From assembly GCA_030390025.1 (NCBI GenBank), contig CM059433.1:15440001-15504000 (forward strand): DNA of 64,000 nucleotides. Reading direction: 5' to 3'. Below the pieces are notes generated by a model. The model was given only the letters and a program-made list of their open reading frames with translations. It was not told the origin of the DNA and ran no database searches. A program made the position numbers and the translations under genes. This document shows, one piece after another, positions 22,401 to 37,895 of the stretch. The DNA comes from Squalus acanthias (lineage: Eukaryota). Position 1 is the first letter of the stretch. Every line of letters begins with the position of its first letter.

Positions 22401-23019
22401 TTTCTGTAAATAGACTGTTGGCACTAAGTAATATTTATTTACTCATTTAATATGAAGTAAATGTGTCTGTTGGCTTATAACCTGATACATGGTCTGATAG
22501 TATGTATATTCTTCCATCTTTTGATGACAAGTAGATCACTTGACAGCATGTGATATATTTCAGTAATCTGAAGTATATTGGCAAGGGTTCTCTATTCGAC
22601 CCCTGGATCTCACCACATTCAGCTAGATATTGGGCAGATGCAAGATCAGCTTATGGAAGTGCCCAGTAATGTTGAAACCAAGGATATATAATGTAAATAT
22701 CCAAAAACACAATGTTCCTCTCTACTTGAGTTTTTGGAAGCAGAATGAAAGGAAGGAAGGGTACACACCCAGGCATGCTTAAGTTGGAATATCCGAGGAC
22801 AATTGCCTTTGTAGTCTCTACTTCACCAAGGAGGCAGTAAAAGAGCGGTGCCATCTCCTGGAATCTGACTTTTAGACAAAGTAACAACAAAGACATTTTT
22901 TTCAATAGCTGTGAAAGTGCCAACAGCATTGAAGCCTTATGCCTCAGGCCCTTCCAATCTACCTCAGCAGTTATACAACATCAGTTAGTTTGCAGTGTCA
23001 AAACACATCTATACTATTT

Positions 23020-24380
23020 ACTGAGTCACCTAACTTGGTGTCATCAGAAAACTTGGATATACAATTCATTATTCCTTCATCTAAGTCATTTATAAATATA
23101 CTGAAAAACTGAGGCCCCAGTACAGATCCCTGGGGGACACCACTAGTCACCTCCTGTCAACTGGAGTACATACCCATTAAGCCTACTCCCTGTCGCCTAC
23201 CTCCTAACCAATTCCTACCCGTGTCAATAGGTTACCTCCAATTCCACACGCTCTCATTTTTGTTAGCAGTCTCTTGTGTGGAACCATATCGAATGCCTTC
23301 TGGAAGTCCATATCAATAACAGCCATAGACATTCCCTTATCTACCGCTTTAGTTACCTCCTCAAAACATTCAACTAGATTTGTTAGACATGGCTTGTCCT
23401 TTACAAATCCACGCTGACTCTCTCTGATCAGCTCATATTTGTCCAAGTGCTCAGTCACTCTGTCTCTAACAACAGATTCTAGGAACTTCCCCACAACAGA
23501 CGTTAGACTAATAGGCCTATAGTTTCCTAGTTTATCTCTCTTGCCCTTCTTAAATAATGGAGTGGCATTGGCAGTTTTGCAATCCAAGCAGATAATTCCT
23601 GAATCAAGAGTGTTTTTGAAGATCATGACTAGAGCATCTACAATTTCCTCACCTACTTCTTTTATTACCCTGCGGTGAAAACCATCAGGTCTTGGAGATT
23701 TGTCTATCTATAGTCTCACTATTTTCCCCATTACCTTTTTTTATTTATATTAAATCTAGTAAGTTACTTACTTTGATTTAATTTTAGTTTTCCTTGTATC
23801 TCTGGTCATTTATCCTCTTCCTGTACAAAGTAAGTATTTAGCAAGTCTGCCATTTCCTGATTTTCAATTACAATATCACCTCTGTCTGTTTTTAACGGGC
23901 CCACTTTACTCTTAGTCACTCCCTTTCACTTAATATACTTGTTATAAACTTTTAGCGTTGTCCTTGATATTCCTCACAAGTTTTTTTAATCTCCTATTCC
24001 CTTTATGCAGTTCTTACTACTTTCTTTGTATCCCTTTGCTGTGCTTTATATCTCTCCCAGTCCATGGGATCTCCACTATTCTTTGCATGTGTATAAGCCC
24101 TTTCCTTTAGTTTTATGCTATCCCTTACTTCTTTTGTTGACCAGGGTTGTTTAATTACACGAGTAGAGCTCTTGCCCTTTAGGGGTACGTACAGATCTTG
24201 TATTGAACCAAATACTTCTTTGAACACCTCCCACTGTTGATCTGTACTTTTACCCGTTAACAGTTCTGCCCAGTCTCCTGTCGTCAATTTCTGCCTCATT
24301 CCTTCAAAGTCAGCCTTACCCAAATTTAAAACCTTGGTTCGTGACTCAGACTTCTTCTCAAACCTATCGAATTCAATATC
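23020..24380 (-). mobile_element. CR1 LINE ORF2 fragment
   Basis: NYRPISLTSVVGK, DMDFQKAFD, KADFEGMR fragments. Confidence 0.85.
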
Positions 24381-24734
24381 CTATTGTACAAGAGCCTAAG
24401 GCCTACATAGCAGCAGTGACAGTGAGGATTTATGGCAGATAACCCTATTATGCAAAGACCTCTGTCATTGGAACTCCATTGTTAAGCTCCTAGAATTGCC
24501 ACATACTCCGTGGTGGACTGCAGTTCTGAAAAACCATCATGCAAAACTGAACACATGCAGGCAGTGGATTCTTCCACAGATGCTATCAGATCTTGCAGGG
24601 TGCTTTGGAGAGACTCAAGTGATTGGAGAAGTGATTGTGCTCAGATACCAACCTTCTTTTATACGTAGGGCCTTCATGGTCCAATGGTTCCAGCTGGAAA
24701 GCTTGCCCTGCTGCGGTATGGACATGGAAGTCTT

Positions 24735-25122
24735 CTTCTTCGACAGTCCCTCGGAACCGAGGATGACTTGCTTCCACATTAAAAATGAGTTCTCAGGTGA
24801 CTGATGAGTCCAATGCGGGACCTACAGTCTCTGTCACAGGTGGGGCAGACGGTGGTTGAAGGGGCGGGTGGGTGGGGTGCTTGGGTTGATGTGCGCTCCT
24901 TGCGCTGCCTGCGCTTGGCTTCCGCTTGCTCCCGGCGAAGAGACTCAAGGTGTTCGGCGCCTTCCCGGATGCTTCTCCTCCACTTTGTGCGGTCTTGGGC
25001 CAGGGATTCTCAGGTGTCGGTGGGGATGTTACACTTTTTCAAGGAGGCTTTGAGGGTGTCCTTGAAGCGTTTCCTCTGCCCACCTGGGGCTCTCTTGCCG
25101 TGTCAGAGCTCCGAGTAGAGCG
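24735..25122 (-). mobile_element. RTE-clade LINE 3' fragment
   Basis: Minus strand reads LYSELRHGKRAPGGQRKRFKDTLKASLKKC...LAQDRTKWR, typical of the RTE ORF C-terminus. Confidence 0.75.
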
Positions 25123-26232
25123 TTAAAAATAACAAAGAGTTAAACATAACAATACAGTCTTGCCTGCTTACATGGAAGTAAAGCAACAAAAAAGGTTGTC
25201 TGAGTGCTTTGCATGCCGCCTCAGTCAAGATGTTTGAAGCTTGAGAGGAAACACTTTGTGGCACGCGTATGTGCATCAGCAAACGCTGGATACTCTTAAT
25301 TTGGCAGCTATTCTGAGGCTGAGTGACTTCATCATTTTCTCCCAGGTCCTCTGACTGTTTGGCATCACTTTGACTCTTTCTGACACCTTCTCCCATGCCG
25401 CCCAGATGCCGTGTGGAAGATGCCGTTCAATGCCAAAAAGGACAGCCTTCCTTTGGCCCACTTTCTGAAAAGGCAAGTCCATAGCTGCATTACTGAACGG
25501 TGGGATTCATTGCAGGTGCTGCGCCATTGTTTTACAGCAATATTCCCTGCCCCAGACCTCGCTGCAAACAAAAAAAATCATCTTCCTTTTGTGTGGTATC
25601 TGTGCTGGATATTTTGCCCCCCTCTTGGAATGAATCAAGCTTATCTTGCTCTCTTCCTGAATGCAAGAGGATTGTGGACTGATAGCACATGAATTGCAAT
25701 TTAAAACGGGACTGCAATGACTGATGATTATCTCCCGGGTGCTGAGCAGGAAGTTTAAGTAGACCTTTGGGTATCGTTGATTTTCATGCACAGATTGGAC
25801 AAGCGTTAATAGTGACTCAGTAATTGAATGCACCACAAAGTAAATTTTTGAGCCTACAGTTCAGGAAGATCAGGGAAGTTCAGTTCCTGTTCTCAAGTTA
25901 ATTGCTCTTTAAAGGTAGAAGTGAGATCAGTACAACTGCGATCAATGTGCTCAGGCTATGAAAAAGTTAAAAATAAAAATACAGTCTAGCCTCCTTACAG
26001 TGCTAGTTTCAGGGTCCACACAAAATATGTGTTAGAACAAGGTGCACAATGAAACGAGTCTCAATCAGCAAACTGATGTTCATACTGGTGTTCATAATCA
26101 TTGTAAAACCTTCGTGGAAATCATGAATGTGGTAACAAATAACACAGTATATTTCAGTTGAATATTATATTCTCTCAATATCAACAGTAACTAAGCAAAG
26201 ATCAGTACAATTACAGTACCGGAAAACATTAT

Positions 26233-28779
26233 GGGCTAGAAATTCATTATAGCCAAGGAATGGGCGATGTTTAGACTAAAAATGGTTAAGTAGCGCAAGT
26301 TGAAAATCGTCTAGCCTTCACGCAAAATTCATCTTCATTCCTCATTAAAATGCAGTCATGATTCTCGTCTAAAAACCCAAGCTCATTGATTTTACACTGA
26401 AAAGATAGACCAATATCGGGTGTAGTCTAAACGCAAGTAATGATTGCCACAGGCTTTTTCCACTACTTAAAGGGGAGGTTCCATTGATGCTGCAGCACCT
26501 CATTCTCAGCATTGTTGGGTGTGCAGCTGCCTCAACAACCATAAGAAGAAGGACAAGGAGAAGGAGCACTTATTTACAAATGCTGATGGCAGATCACCGT
26601 GCCAGGGAGAGAGCCCGGAGGTTTTCTGAGGAAGCTTTGGAGGCACTGGTTTTAGCTGTAGAAAGAAGGTGGGTGGTCCTGTGCCAACTGGCAGGAGGAG
26701 CTTGCCACAAGTCTGCCGGAGTATGTGGAGGGAGGTGGCACACCACATCATGGGCAGCACTGTGGTCCCCCAGGACCCACACCCAGTGCAGGAGGAAGTT
26801 TAACGAGCTCACACGGGTGGTCAGGGTGAGTGAAGGCTTCAACAAATGCTACATACCACCATCTGTACCACAAGCTTCACACACTGCTCAATGTACCACA
26901 GCCCCAGCACTCACCCACCAACAATCTCTACCTAGCAACACTCACACCCACATCTCACACCTTGCACACAATGACAGCTATTCAACTATGGCAGGCACAA
27001 GGGTCATTAGTTATTAGAATTCATGTGATATGTGTGATACGTTTATAGATAAATTTATTAATGGTCTTTGGAATATTTTGTGGTCTCTCTCATTTCACCT
27101 TTGTGCCCAGGCGGATGCTGTGATATGGCGTGAGACAGGGATGGTATGATGGGGATGTGGTGAGCTACGGTGATCGGGGGTTTTATTCATTCGAATCACA
27201 GTCTAATGAGCCGATCACAGACAGCCCATCCGGAAGGCCGATTCTCTCGCTGCCTCCTCCCTCCCTCCTGTTCCTCCTCCTGCTCCTCATCCTCCACCTC
27301 CTCATCTTCTCCCTCCTTGTCCTCCTCCTCATCCTCATCCTCCTCTGCCTCATCCTCCTCCTGAGGTGGTCCCGCAATCCCTGCTGGCAAGGGCTGCGCC
27401 CTCATGATGGCCAAGTTGTGCAGCATGCAGCAGACCACCACAAAATGGGACACCCGCTCTGGCAATTACTGGAGGGCTCCTCCCAAGTGGTCAATAAGCC
27501 AATGGTCTGCTCGACAATGTTCCTGGTGGCAGCATGGCTCTCATTATATGAGTACTGGGCACGAGTGTTGGGGTTACAGAGGGGAGTCATGAGCCAGGTG
27601 GAGAGCGAATAGCCCTTGTCTCCGAGCAGCCACCCTCGAGCTTGATGTGGTGGCTGGAAGAGTGCTGGCGAAGGATGAAGGCATCATGGCTGCTGCCAGA
27701 TAGTGGGCATTCACATTGAGGATTCGCTGTGTGTGGTTGCACACCAACTGGACATTAGGTGAATGGTAGCCTTTGCGGTTATGGAAGATCTCAGGATTGT
27801 TATGCAGTGCCTGCAAAGCCATGTGGGTGCATTCGATGGTGCCCTGCACCATGAGGAATCCCGCTATCCTGGCAAAGCCACATGCACGCTCGTTCTGCTT
27901 CTCTCTGGTGATCGGGAAGCCAATGTAGTCCCTTCTTCTGCTGTAGAGAGCCTCAGTGACCTCCCGGATGCAGCGACGGACGGCGAACTGTGAGATGTTC
28001 GCTATGTCTCCTGTTGCAGACTGGTGAAGAAATTGAGGGCCACAGTGACCTTGACTGCCACTGGGAAAGCCGTGGTCACCCTGGTCTGAGGCTGGAGGTC
28101 TGGTTGCAGGAGGTGGCAGAGTTCAGTGACCACCTCCTTGGTGAAGTGACGCCTCCTAATACACTGCTGCTCGCTTAATTGAAGGTAGGAGAAGTACTCT
28201 CGGAATACCCTCGGAGGCTAAGGCCTCTTGTTGAGAGCCCTGATGGCCCTCCTCCTCCCCCTGCGCACATGTTCCTGTCTTTCTCGCTGCCTTTGTTCCC
28301 TCCGCCGTAGATCCTGGAGGGCGAGGTCAATTGCCAGTACAGCCCCCATGATTTATAGCAAGTGTTGTACTTTGAAGCCTTTCAAAAATAATGGGGGAGT
28401 TTTGTACTTGCCAGAACACTCCCTGATACCAAAGAACCTTGAAATGACTAAGGAAAACTAATTTAAATAGCGTCACTGGAGCTGGCTTCCTGCTGCTGCA
28501 CGCCACCTGAAGCTGTCATTGCTTTCTCCAGCCAGTAAGTACATTGGCTAAAATGAAATTGGGAGATCGGGCGTCCAGTGAGCGTTGCACACTCACTGAC
28601 ATCACGATCTCCATGATGGCGAGCTCCCTGACGATCAAGGTTACCGGCAGTGCTACCGGCAACACCGATATGACGTGCGGCGCTGGAACCGGCATCAGCT
28701 GTCGTTACAGCTGTCAACGGCATTTAAGTGCCATCTCGTGGCGCTAACGTGTGACGCAAGCCACACAAATTTCTCCCCC
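26233..28779. mobile_element. Decayed Harbinger transposon (Myb exon on +, frameshifted transposase on -)
   Basis: TIRs GGGCTAGAAATT / AATTTCTCCCCC; RARRFSEEALEALV...QCRRKFNEL at about 26580-26826; transposase fragments [30 protein letters not shown] in different frames 27190-28350. Confidence 0.88.
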
Positions 28780-29447
28780 TACATCCTTTACCAGAATTCA
28801 GTACAGTGCAGTACATTGAGATAGGTCTGGCAAACATACTGTCAAATATTCAACTGGCATGCGACATCCTACTTTGAAGTATTGCCATACTCCAAATTGT
28901 TTGAGTTGTAACAGTCATACAGGATCAATAACATAAATCCCTGGTTCAGCATCGGACATGATGTCCACATGATCAGACAGCATCATTCCAGTATTTACGA
29001 TCTTTCTAACACATAACAATAAGAGGAAATCTTCCCCCAGCTGGAGGTTACTTTACATTCAAAATACTGCCCTGATAATTGCCTTTTCCTTTACGCTATT
29101 CAATTGATTATTTCTGTTTGTATACTGAGAGAAATCGCCCCAAAAAAAACGTAGTAATAGATTCTGTTTTGCCATCATTGGGTTTCCCTCCTAGTTGCTA
29201 GTCTGCCCTAGCCCAGCACCATATGGATTTTTCCTCCCAAAGTGTTGACAGCTGCAGCTCAGGTCATAGAAGAGTTGAAATTACATTGTGGGATAACAGT
29301 GTACGAATGCTGAGCTTTTATCTGAAATCCCATTCAAATTTTTGCGCATGCGCGGTGCCTACAACGTAAAAGCCAGCGAGCGGCCTGCGTGGGACCCTGC
29401 AGACGACTGCGCAGACGTGCAGCTTAGCGAGAACATTGGTCAGAGTG

Positions 29448-29927
29448 CAGTAAACTCTTGTTTCAACGGCACTTAATCATCCGGAATTCTTCAATAACCG
29501 GCAAAATTCAGGAGTAGGTTTTGAGGCTTCCGCCCCAGAAGGAACGGGGCAGTAGTGTCCCGAAAATGGTGGGGAATGACTTACCACTTGTTCCCGCCGT
29601 CGCTGTGGGCACTGCAATCTTCCCCGCACAGTATCAGCTGGCCGTCCAGCCAAAGAGGAACCCAAAGGGAAGTTTTACTGTATATTTGTGGGGCCAGAAT
29701 AAGCAGGTGTGCTCCTTCGGCTTTTACAAAACCAGCTTGGGCCATTGCCACTCCGTGTCCCACCTCCCCTCCTGAGTTCGGAACACCCCCACAGAATTAC
29801 CTTCTTCTGGTCTGAGGTCGGCCGATATATAAATTGCCTCGGTAGGTATACCTCTCCGTTATCCGGAATTTTTAATCAACCGGCACCATCCCGGTCCCGT
29901 AGGTGCTGGATACGAAAGAGTTTACTG
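29448..29927. mobile_element. Tc1/mariner (pogo/Tigger-like) MITE
   Basis: TIR CAGTAAACTCTT / AAGAGTTTACTG, TA on the right flank, TG on the left. Confidence 0.7.
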
Positions 29928-30779
29928 TACCTGGGACAGACCCCCATGGAACTCTACTCAGGCAATCCTATGCTCTTTACTGTCACTTTTTGTTTTTAAT
30001 TGCCAAAACACTTTTCAATTGTACGAACCATTTTCTCATTCATTTTATGAGCTTTGATCATTTCTGAAAGATTCCTTTAAGGAATTAAAGTTAGGCCATT
30101 TCAGGCGTGATGTCAGGAAGCACTTGTTCACACAAAGGCTCGTGGAAATCTGGAACTCTCTCCCTCAAAAAGCTGTTGAGGTTAGGTCAATTGAAAATTT
30201 CAAAACTGAGATTGATAGACTTTTGTTGGGCAAGGGTATTCAGGGATATGGAACCAAGGCAGGGTAAATGGAGTTAAGACACAGATCAGCCATGATCTAA
30301 TTAAAAGGCAGAACAAGTTTGAAGGGCTGAATGGCTTACTCCTGTTCTTACGTACGTAGGAACTTTATCAAAGAAAATAAGTAAATTGAGATTGTACCAC
30401 ATCATCTTCACAATGACACCAGATACCCAGCTAATTTATGTTTGTTGATACATTAATAAATAAATAATCCTATCAGATAATGATCGGCATGCACTCTACT
30501 CTTAAATGGCATATATTTTAATCAGTTCATGTCTGTCAAATTTTGATAGACAGATAAACAGGCAAATCACTTGACTTTGGGAAGAAACATATGAAGAGCC
30601 TCACACCTCAATTTTTCCAACAGCCTCCAAGCTTTCAAGCCTGAATAGCTGGTTTAATAGTCTAACCAGGAGCGCCTTCTGCTCCTGGGTTTTCTCCTGT
30701 TACTCTGCTCGCTTGGTGATTGAACACAATCATTTCATTGATGCATTTTTAACACTGTTAAATTAGTGCCCATTATACC

Positions 30780-31370
30780 AACAACAACTTGTATTTATAT
30801 AGCACCTTTAACATAATAAAATGTCCCAAGCGTTTCACAGGAGCGTTATCAAACATAATTTGATACCAAGCCACATAAGAAGATATTAGGACAGGTGACC
30901 AAATTATTAGGTAGGTTTTAAGGAACTTCTTAAAGCAGGAGAAAGAGGTAGGGAAATATAGGGAAGGAATTCCAGAGCTTAGGACCAAGGTAGCTGAAGG
31001 CACGGCCACCAATGGTGGAGGGATTATATTCAGGGACGCGCAAGAGGCCAGAATTGGAGAAGCGCAGATATCTTGGAGGGTTGTAGGGCTGGGGGAGGTT
31101 ACAGAGATAGGGAGGGGCGAGGCCATGGAGGGATTTGAAAACAAGGATGGGAATTTTGAAATTAAGGCGTTGCCGGGTCAGGTGCCAATGTAGGTCAGCG
31201 AGCACATGGGGTGATGTGTGAACGGGTCTTGGTGCGAGTTAGGATATGGGCAGCAGAGTTTTGGATGAGCTCAAGTTTACGGAGGGTGCAATGTGGGAGG
31301 CCGGCCAGGAGAGCATTGGAATAGTTGAATCTACAGGTAATAAAGGCATGGATGAGGGTTTCAGCAACAG
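30780..31370 (-). mobile_element. L2-like LINE 3' fragment
   Basis: TLIHAFIT, IQNSAAHIL, LADLHW...FKSLHGLAPPYL. Confidence 0.8.
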
Positions 31371-34300
31371 ATGAGTTCTTTTTGTTTCTGGAGATTGCTA
31401 ACCTTCTTTCCATGCAAGGATTTTGCAAATTACTTCTACTTCCAAAAGTAGACATTACTTTGATCATTGCCTCGTTTCCACCATCTTAACTTCCCATTCA
31501 GCCGATTTGAAGTTTCCCAGTTTTCTCTCCCATTTGTCATTAGTCTTGTCAGTCAATTAGTTTAGGACCGGAAAATTTGCTTATTTTGAGCGGACTATTC
31601 AAAAATTTCCAAAATGTAACCTGGGCACCCGTTTCTCCATATACATCTGCATCTTAATTTGTAGAGATATTAGTTATCAAGGTTTTCAATGCAGTTTTAT
31701 CAGGAGCAAAGCCAAAATCAGAACTTAAGCCCCGTTCTCACCCCTGCTTCCACTTCCTATTCCCTTGGCAAAACTTAGCAGCCCTCTCTGTCGTTTTCTG
31801 AATAGCTCTGTTATGGATATTGCTGTTTGATGACTTGCAAGGGTCACAAACTTAATTTCCATCTTAATCAGATACTTAATTGAAATGATTGATGATGGCT
31901 AGCTGGTTTATCTCACTGGGGAAAGTTAAAAAGCAGTGGGTCCAAATATCTGTAGCTATTGGCTCACCCGTAATTCAATGTGATTACTGACAAAATTGCC
32001 TTTTCATCTGCAAATCCAAATATAGGACCCATAGTTCTGAGTTGACATAGCACTCTTCCTAGTGGCTCCTGTGGGTATAAAGCTTCGCTTTCTCAAATGC
32101 CTTTTAGATAACAACTCTCGAACTATCGACCACTGTTTAGCGTTACCGTAAAAACACTAACCCTTCATTTACCAGCGCAGCATTTATAGCATTAGTGCAG
32201 CAGGATAATAGGAAATGCTTCAGTAAATAAAAAAGCTAAAGGTAACAAGTAACCTTTGCTGTTTAGTGGATAATGATAGTCTAATATATTTATAAAATAT
32301 AAGACTTCATTTATTCCTCAGGGTGACCTGGGGCTGGATTCACAAAAGTATCATATGATTTCTGTAATTACTCATTGCAGACATTTACAATTGTTTTTGG
32401 TTTAACGTTATTCCAGAAGCTTTTTTAAAAATAATTTCTATGATTAATAGGAATTTCTTCGCTTGTTCATCGCTGATGAATGGCAGTGAAGCTCTTATAA
32501 ATAGCCTTAATGATTTCTCTACTCAAGCTGGATGGGCTGAGCAGTAGATGTTCATGAAACATGCCTAATGACTATCTTAGAACACTTGAAAAAAAAAACC
32601 AGTCGCACTCAGAAAATATTAGCAAACTCCTCTAGGAGGAGTTTTTTTTCAGAACCTCACCAGTAATGAGATATATAATGACATTTTCAGAGCAAACTTT
32701 CAGAAGTCACTTTGCTCCTTAAAGTTAAAATTTGACCTTGTGAGAAGAAGTGTAAAAATGAAGCTATTAACAAGAGTGCTTGTTTTTATATATATATATA
32801 TATATACGGTTCAAACCAATGTTAGTGAAAGCCATTTACTTGAAAATGTTACTTATGATTTGAGACTGACATTTGTAAGGTTTGACCCTGTGGAACTCAA
32901 AACACCTCCATTTGCTTTAGTCCTAATTAGCAGCTATTAGGTTGTTTTACGGCCACCACCTTACAAACTGTAATCTGTAGAGCACTGAATATGCAAATAG
33001 TCCGTCAATCATGTGAAAAATGTAATTAGCAGAGATGCCAAGACTAAGGTATTGTGATGTTGAAGTTTTCAAACAAACCTTGCATGACTTTTTGACTGTC
33101 ATTTAAAACTGTAGCTCGTTAATTTGATTAGACAAAAATGATAATTTCAGGGAGTTCAATTAAGTGTTATACAAGTACTATCTGAAAATAAGAACACAAA
33201 AATACTGCACATAGCTCATTACAGAATAAGGATGGTTGGCTTTAGTCTGGACTTAATAGTCAGTTAATTTCAGATCCAATTCAGATAAGGGGATACTATT
33301 GTTACACGTCTAGGTTGCACTATCGTATAGTTAGATATGGGCAATATGGGACCATGCCTATATGTAAGACCCTCAGATCACTTATAGGAGTGACCAGCAC
33401 TACCGTACCCAAGAGAACATCTAAGGCAAAACCTTAAAATTGTAAGAGCCAGTCTGTGATGGAGCATAGTAAACCAGTCTTGGATGAGCTCTTGTTTGAA
33501 CCGTACACCCAACTCCCCAAGGAGAGATCACATTTAATGCATCTCTAATTTGTTTCCACATCTGATGTTACAGGTCAAGCACCAACATGGCTGTAGTTTC
33601 AAAGACAGCTTCAGTATCAAGCCACTAGAGCTGGATGTATTCCTTCGCTCACATGCTTACAAGCATTCAGCCCAAAAGAATTTCCTCACTTAATGAGCTG
33701 AAATGGAAATGAAAATTAGGCGGGTTCTGTAACAGGCAGGCAATCAGCTCTGCCAGATTACTATCCAGGTGGCAGAATTGAAAATTACCCCCCATGAATT
33801 ATGATGAGGTCCTGATTTTTGCCAGGAAAGTGAATAAAGTGCATTACTTAAAAATTAGCAGTTGGCTTTTCAATGGAAAGGAAGATCGAGCAGGGTATTT
33901 AAGATAATGAGCGGCTGATCTTATATCGCCCGGTTAACACCATCAGCAAAAGTTAAAATTGCCCCCAGTATCTTATCTCATTGGTGATTGTCTACTGGAT
34001 GTGCATCTGATCTCTGTTGTGTGTGTAGATATATGAGGAGGGGTACAAGGTCTGACCCTAGCAGTCTAATGGAAGCATCCATTTACTTCTGTTGATGGTC
34101 CGATAGTGAGAATATATCTGATCTCTGCATTAGTAACAGGTATGTGTCTATTATCCATAATGTGCTGAATGATCCAGAGGAAGGTCTGCTTCTGACCCCT
34201 TGAGGAGTAATGATATCTGCTCATTTGCTCTAACGGTATAATGAAGGTGATGTATCTGTTCTTCCATGTAGTCTAAAGAGATCTACATGCCAGATAGCTT

Positions 34301-37300
34301 TGTGATTACACCAACATTAGTACCTCTGAAGTCAAATCCTAATGAATCTTGTTTTCTCATCAGATAAACATCAGCCACGAGGTCCTGGACAAATTAAGCT
34401 GGCAAAGGTTAGCTTCCATTTCCCAGGAAAAGGAACAAGACCTCTAACGCATAAGCATCCTCATAGAGTCTCTGAATGGGAGTAATTTTCACCTTCACTG
34501 CTTGGTGGTAAACTGGCAGAATAGATTGCCTGCTCATTATTTTTATTTCTATTCTGCCAACGATGTCTTCAACAAGCTCATGAACATCAACCTTGAAATT
34601 GCTGTCAGTAATATTTATGGAGGAATGCTTAATATGTTTGGATGACGTTGCTATGTCCACTATTTTAACACACGACAATGCAAAATCATCGAGCAGAAAC
34701 TGATAGCCAAGTTTCGCACTCATGAGGACGGCCTCAACCGGGATCTTGGGTTTATGTCACGATACATGACGTGATCCAGACTCGAGTCGTCGTTGGCTTG
34801 TTAACAGATGTGATTCCCAGTAAAAAAGTAAAACATTTTAAAGTTTATCGTTTCCCATACTGCGGCTTTTGACACATTGGACCCCCTGTGGCTCCACCTC
34901 ATTGTCTCAGTTGTATCTTGCTGTCTTTGATGTGGTACTTTCCTGGCTGACCTGATTGCCTTTTGTCACACCTCGGCAGATAAACAGTCAGGATGATTTA
35001 AATGTAGTTGTCTGCTTTTGTAAGTAACACATGCATTGTTCTCTATCTATATATGCTTTGGCGATTCTGTATCTCTTTACTTCACCTGAGGAAGGGGCCA
35101 CGTAAGCTCCGAAAGCTTGTGATTTCAAATAAAACTGTTGGACTATAACCTGGTGTTGTGCGACTTCTCACATTTGTCCACCCCAGTCCAACACCGGCAT
35201 CTCCACATCATGGCTTTCAATAATAGGCAGAGGAATATCATTTGAATATTTTAAGTGTTCCTTAGTTATTATTTCAGACAGTAATTTCTAGCCAAATGCA
35301 GGTTAAGCGAGTTATAAATTGGGCCCCAGTTAGGATTTATCAAGAGGAAATAATATTGTAACCTTTGCCTTTAGATTTCAGCTTTTGCCTCTTTCAGCTT
35401 CACAGACCATTTTATGTGTTTACATTGGCTCAAAATTTTATGGAGCAGGGCATCTTGGTGCGTGCCCCATTTATTAAATTGTTTTCCTTCACTCTTCAGC
35501 TCGAACATGTTTGATGCTGCAAATTCGCTGGAAGTGCGAGCTGATAATGGCGCGGCGAGGACAATGGGGCATCTGGGACCTTGGTGAACGATGGGTCCAA
35601 CAGTTTATTTCCTTAACCAATGAGAATAGTGAAAGAAACAGAGGAACGACTGAGAAGGAAATAGGGTGAACTAGAGTCAAATTAGATACAGAAAGAGAAA
35701 TATAGAAAGGGAAAGAAAGAATGCATTAAGAGAGAGAGAGGAAAAAGAGACAGACTGGAAAAGTTAAAAAAAAATGTTAAATTTAAAATTGTAAAAACCT
35801 CAAGGAACAATTTACTACCTGCAGGAATGAGACTCCACAGGTTCAATTTCTACTTTCTGGGCCACAGAGGTTAAGTGGCATTGCAGGAACATAAATCTCA
35901 TCATTAAAAGGGTCCTTACGTCATTAAGTAGCAGCCCTAACTTTCTGCGGCGAGCTTAATTGGTAAATAATGCACGAATGCAGCAATTCCTTGACAGACT
36001 GGGGAGGTTGACGGTGAGCTGCTGTTTTCACGAGGCTAACGGCGGAGCGACGCAAATCGTCGAGCAATTTGTGGTGCTGCACAACTCACAGCATATCTCT
36101 TCCGCGCCGCAAATTGTTGGACGATTTACACTATAATATTGGCAGGCACATTAAACTCATCATTATTTTCCCAGCAAAGCCTGGGCCATTGTTTTAACGA
36201 GTAAATCATTGATTATATTATAACAAAGTCAGGCCTTGATACTGAGCGAAATAAAACTACTTCTGAAGACTTCTTTCACTTCTACTTTTCCAATGATTGA
36301 CAGTTCTCTACTTCCAGTCTCCAATTATTATTGCAGCATTAGCAAGGTGAGTATAAATCTCTTTCAATCACACAACCAACTGCCAATGTGCTGCCCAGGG
36401 ATTTGGCTGCAGTCCAAACAGAATTCTTGAAATGCATAGGATTACAATAAAAGCTGGTTAAGTCAGATTCATAAAAAGTAGTTCTTGCAAATTGTGATTT
36501 GCTTATGGCACAGGATAGCTCTTTTAAAGTGCTCTAACTTATTTCCACTAAGCAATCATTTTTTTTCTTTGATGCCAACAAATCTTCAGTATCTTTTTAC
36601 AAGTCCTTGACACGATCCCCCCACGAGGCCTCCCCCCCCAACCCCCATGCTCTTCCGGCCACCCAATCTGCTCCTCTGGTCCCCGATCATTGCCGACCAT
36701 CCCCCCGCCCCCACCCCACCCGCTCTGCCAACACCCCCTCCCTGCTCCTCCAGACCCCCACCCGTGCTCCTCTGTCCCCCCCCCAACCCCCCCGGGCCCC
36801 CACGCGATCTCTCCCCCTCCCTCCTCTCTGCGGCCCAGTGCCACAGGGCTACCCACCCGGAGCCAACCAGCCTCTCAATCTGGCTGGCTGCGGGTGGGAA
36901 GCAGAGATTTCCCATGAAAATCAGACCCTGCCGTTAAATTCGGCAGGGCCTGCAGGAAACCCGTTCTCCTAGGCTTCCCGACCACTTCGGAGCTCCTCCC
37001 CACCTCCACTCCCAGCCCACCTTCCCCGTTACTATTCAGCCCAAAGACTTTCCAGCAATCTAAACTGGTAATATTGGCCAATTTCTTTCCCCTGTCCAAT
37101 GTACCAGTTCATTTTTTTCCTCAATCCCAGAATATGCGGTGACCAGCTTTCGCCCCTTCATCACAAGCCCGAGATCAGCTAGCATAGCACAAACCAGGCA
37201 TCAGAACTGGGATCCTTCGAATCTGTATGGCTCAGTTCCAACCTGATGTTGCATCTACTCACAGAGCTGTTGGGAGAGGTCCAACATTTCCATAGTTAAC

Positions 37301-37895
37301 ATGATAAAAGCTTCACTAATGATACACCATATTGTAAGAACAGTTAGAAGTTGTTTAATCAAATTAGTAATGAGAGATTTGAAACTGTATTTCATCAATG
37401 TATGTGTAGTAGAAGTCCTCAGATGATGGTACTGCTGAAAGATACCTGTAAAACTCAGAAATAAGTCTCGAATTGCTGTTTTGTGCATTTTGAGCAATTA
37501 GCTGAGCTTTGCGGGCTATAGTACTGGTTTACTGTGAGCTTTGCATTCACCAGAACTAGGAACCCTAGGCTAACCCTGCCAGATCTCCCATTGTAAGCCC
37601 TTATTTCATGTGCACACTGAGCTTCCAAGCTGGTGTGGGCCTTCTACTGGGAGCTCACCAAAGGTGGGAGGGTGCAGAATATCCAGGATGTTAACACCCC
37701 TTAAAGGGCTGCAGCAGGGATTTCAAGAGATGGAGCCATTTAAAAGTAAAAGGGGTCAAAAAATGATGGCAGCATTTCTAAGAACATAAGATATAGGAGC
37801 AGGAGTCAGCCATTTGGCCCCTCGAGCCTGCTCCGCCATTCAATATGATCATGGCTGGTTTTCTACCACAACTCTACTTTCCTGCACTACCCCAT

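Noticed and set aside
34409..34723. 104-aa ORF
   Set aside because: Begins within a Penelope-like 3' fragment; remainder unrecognisable
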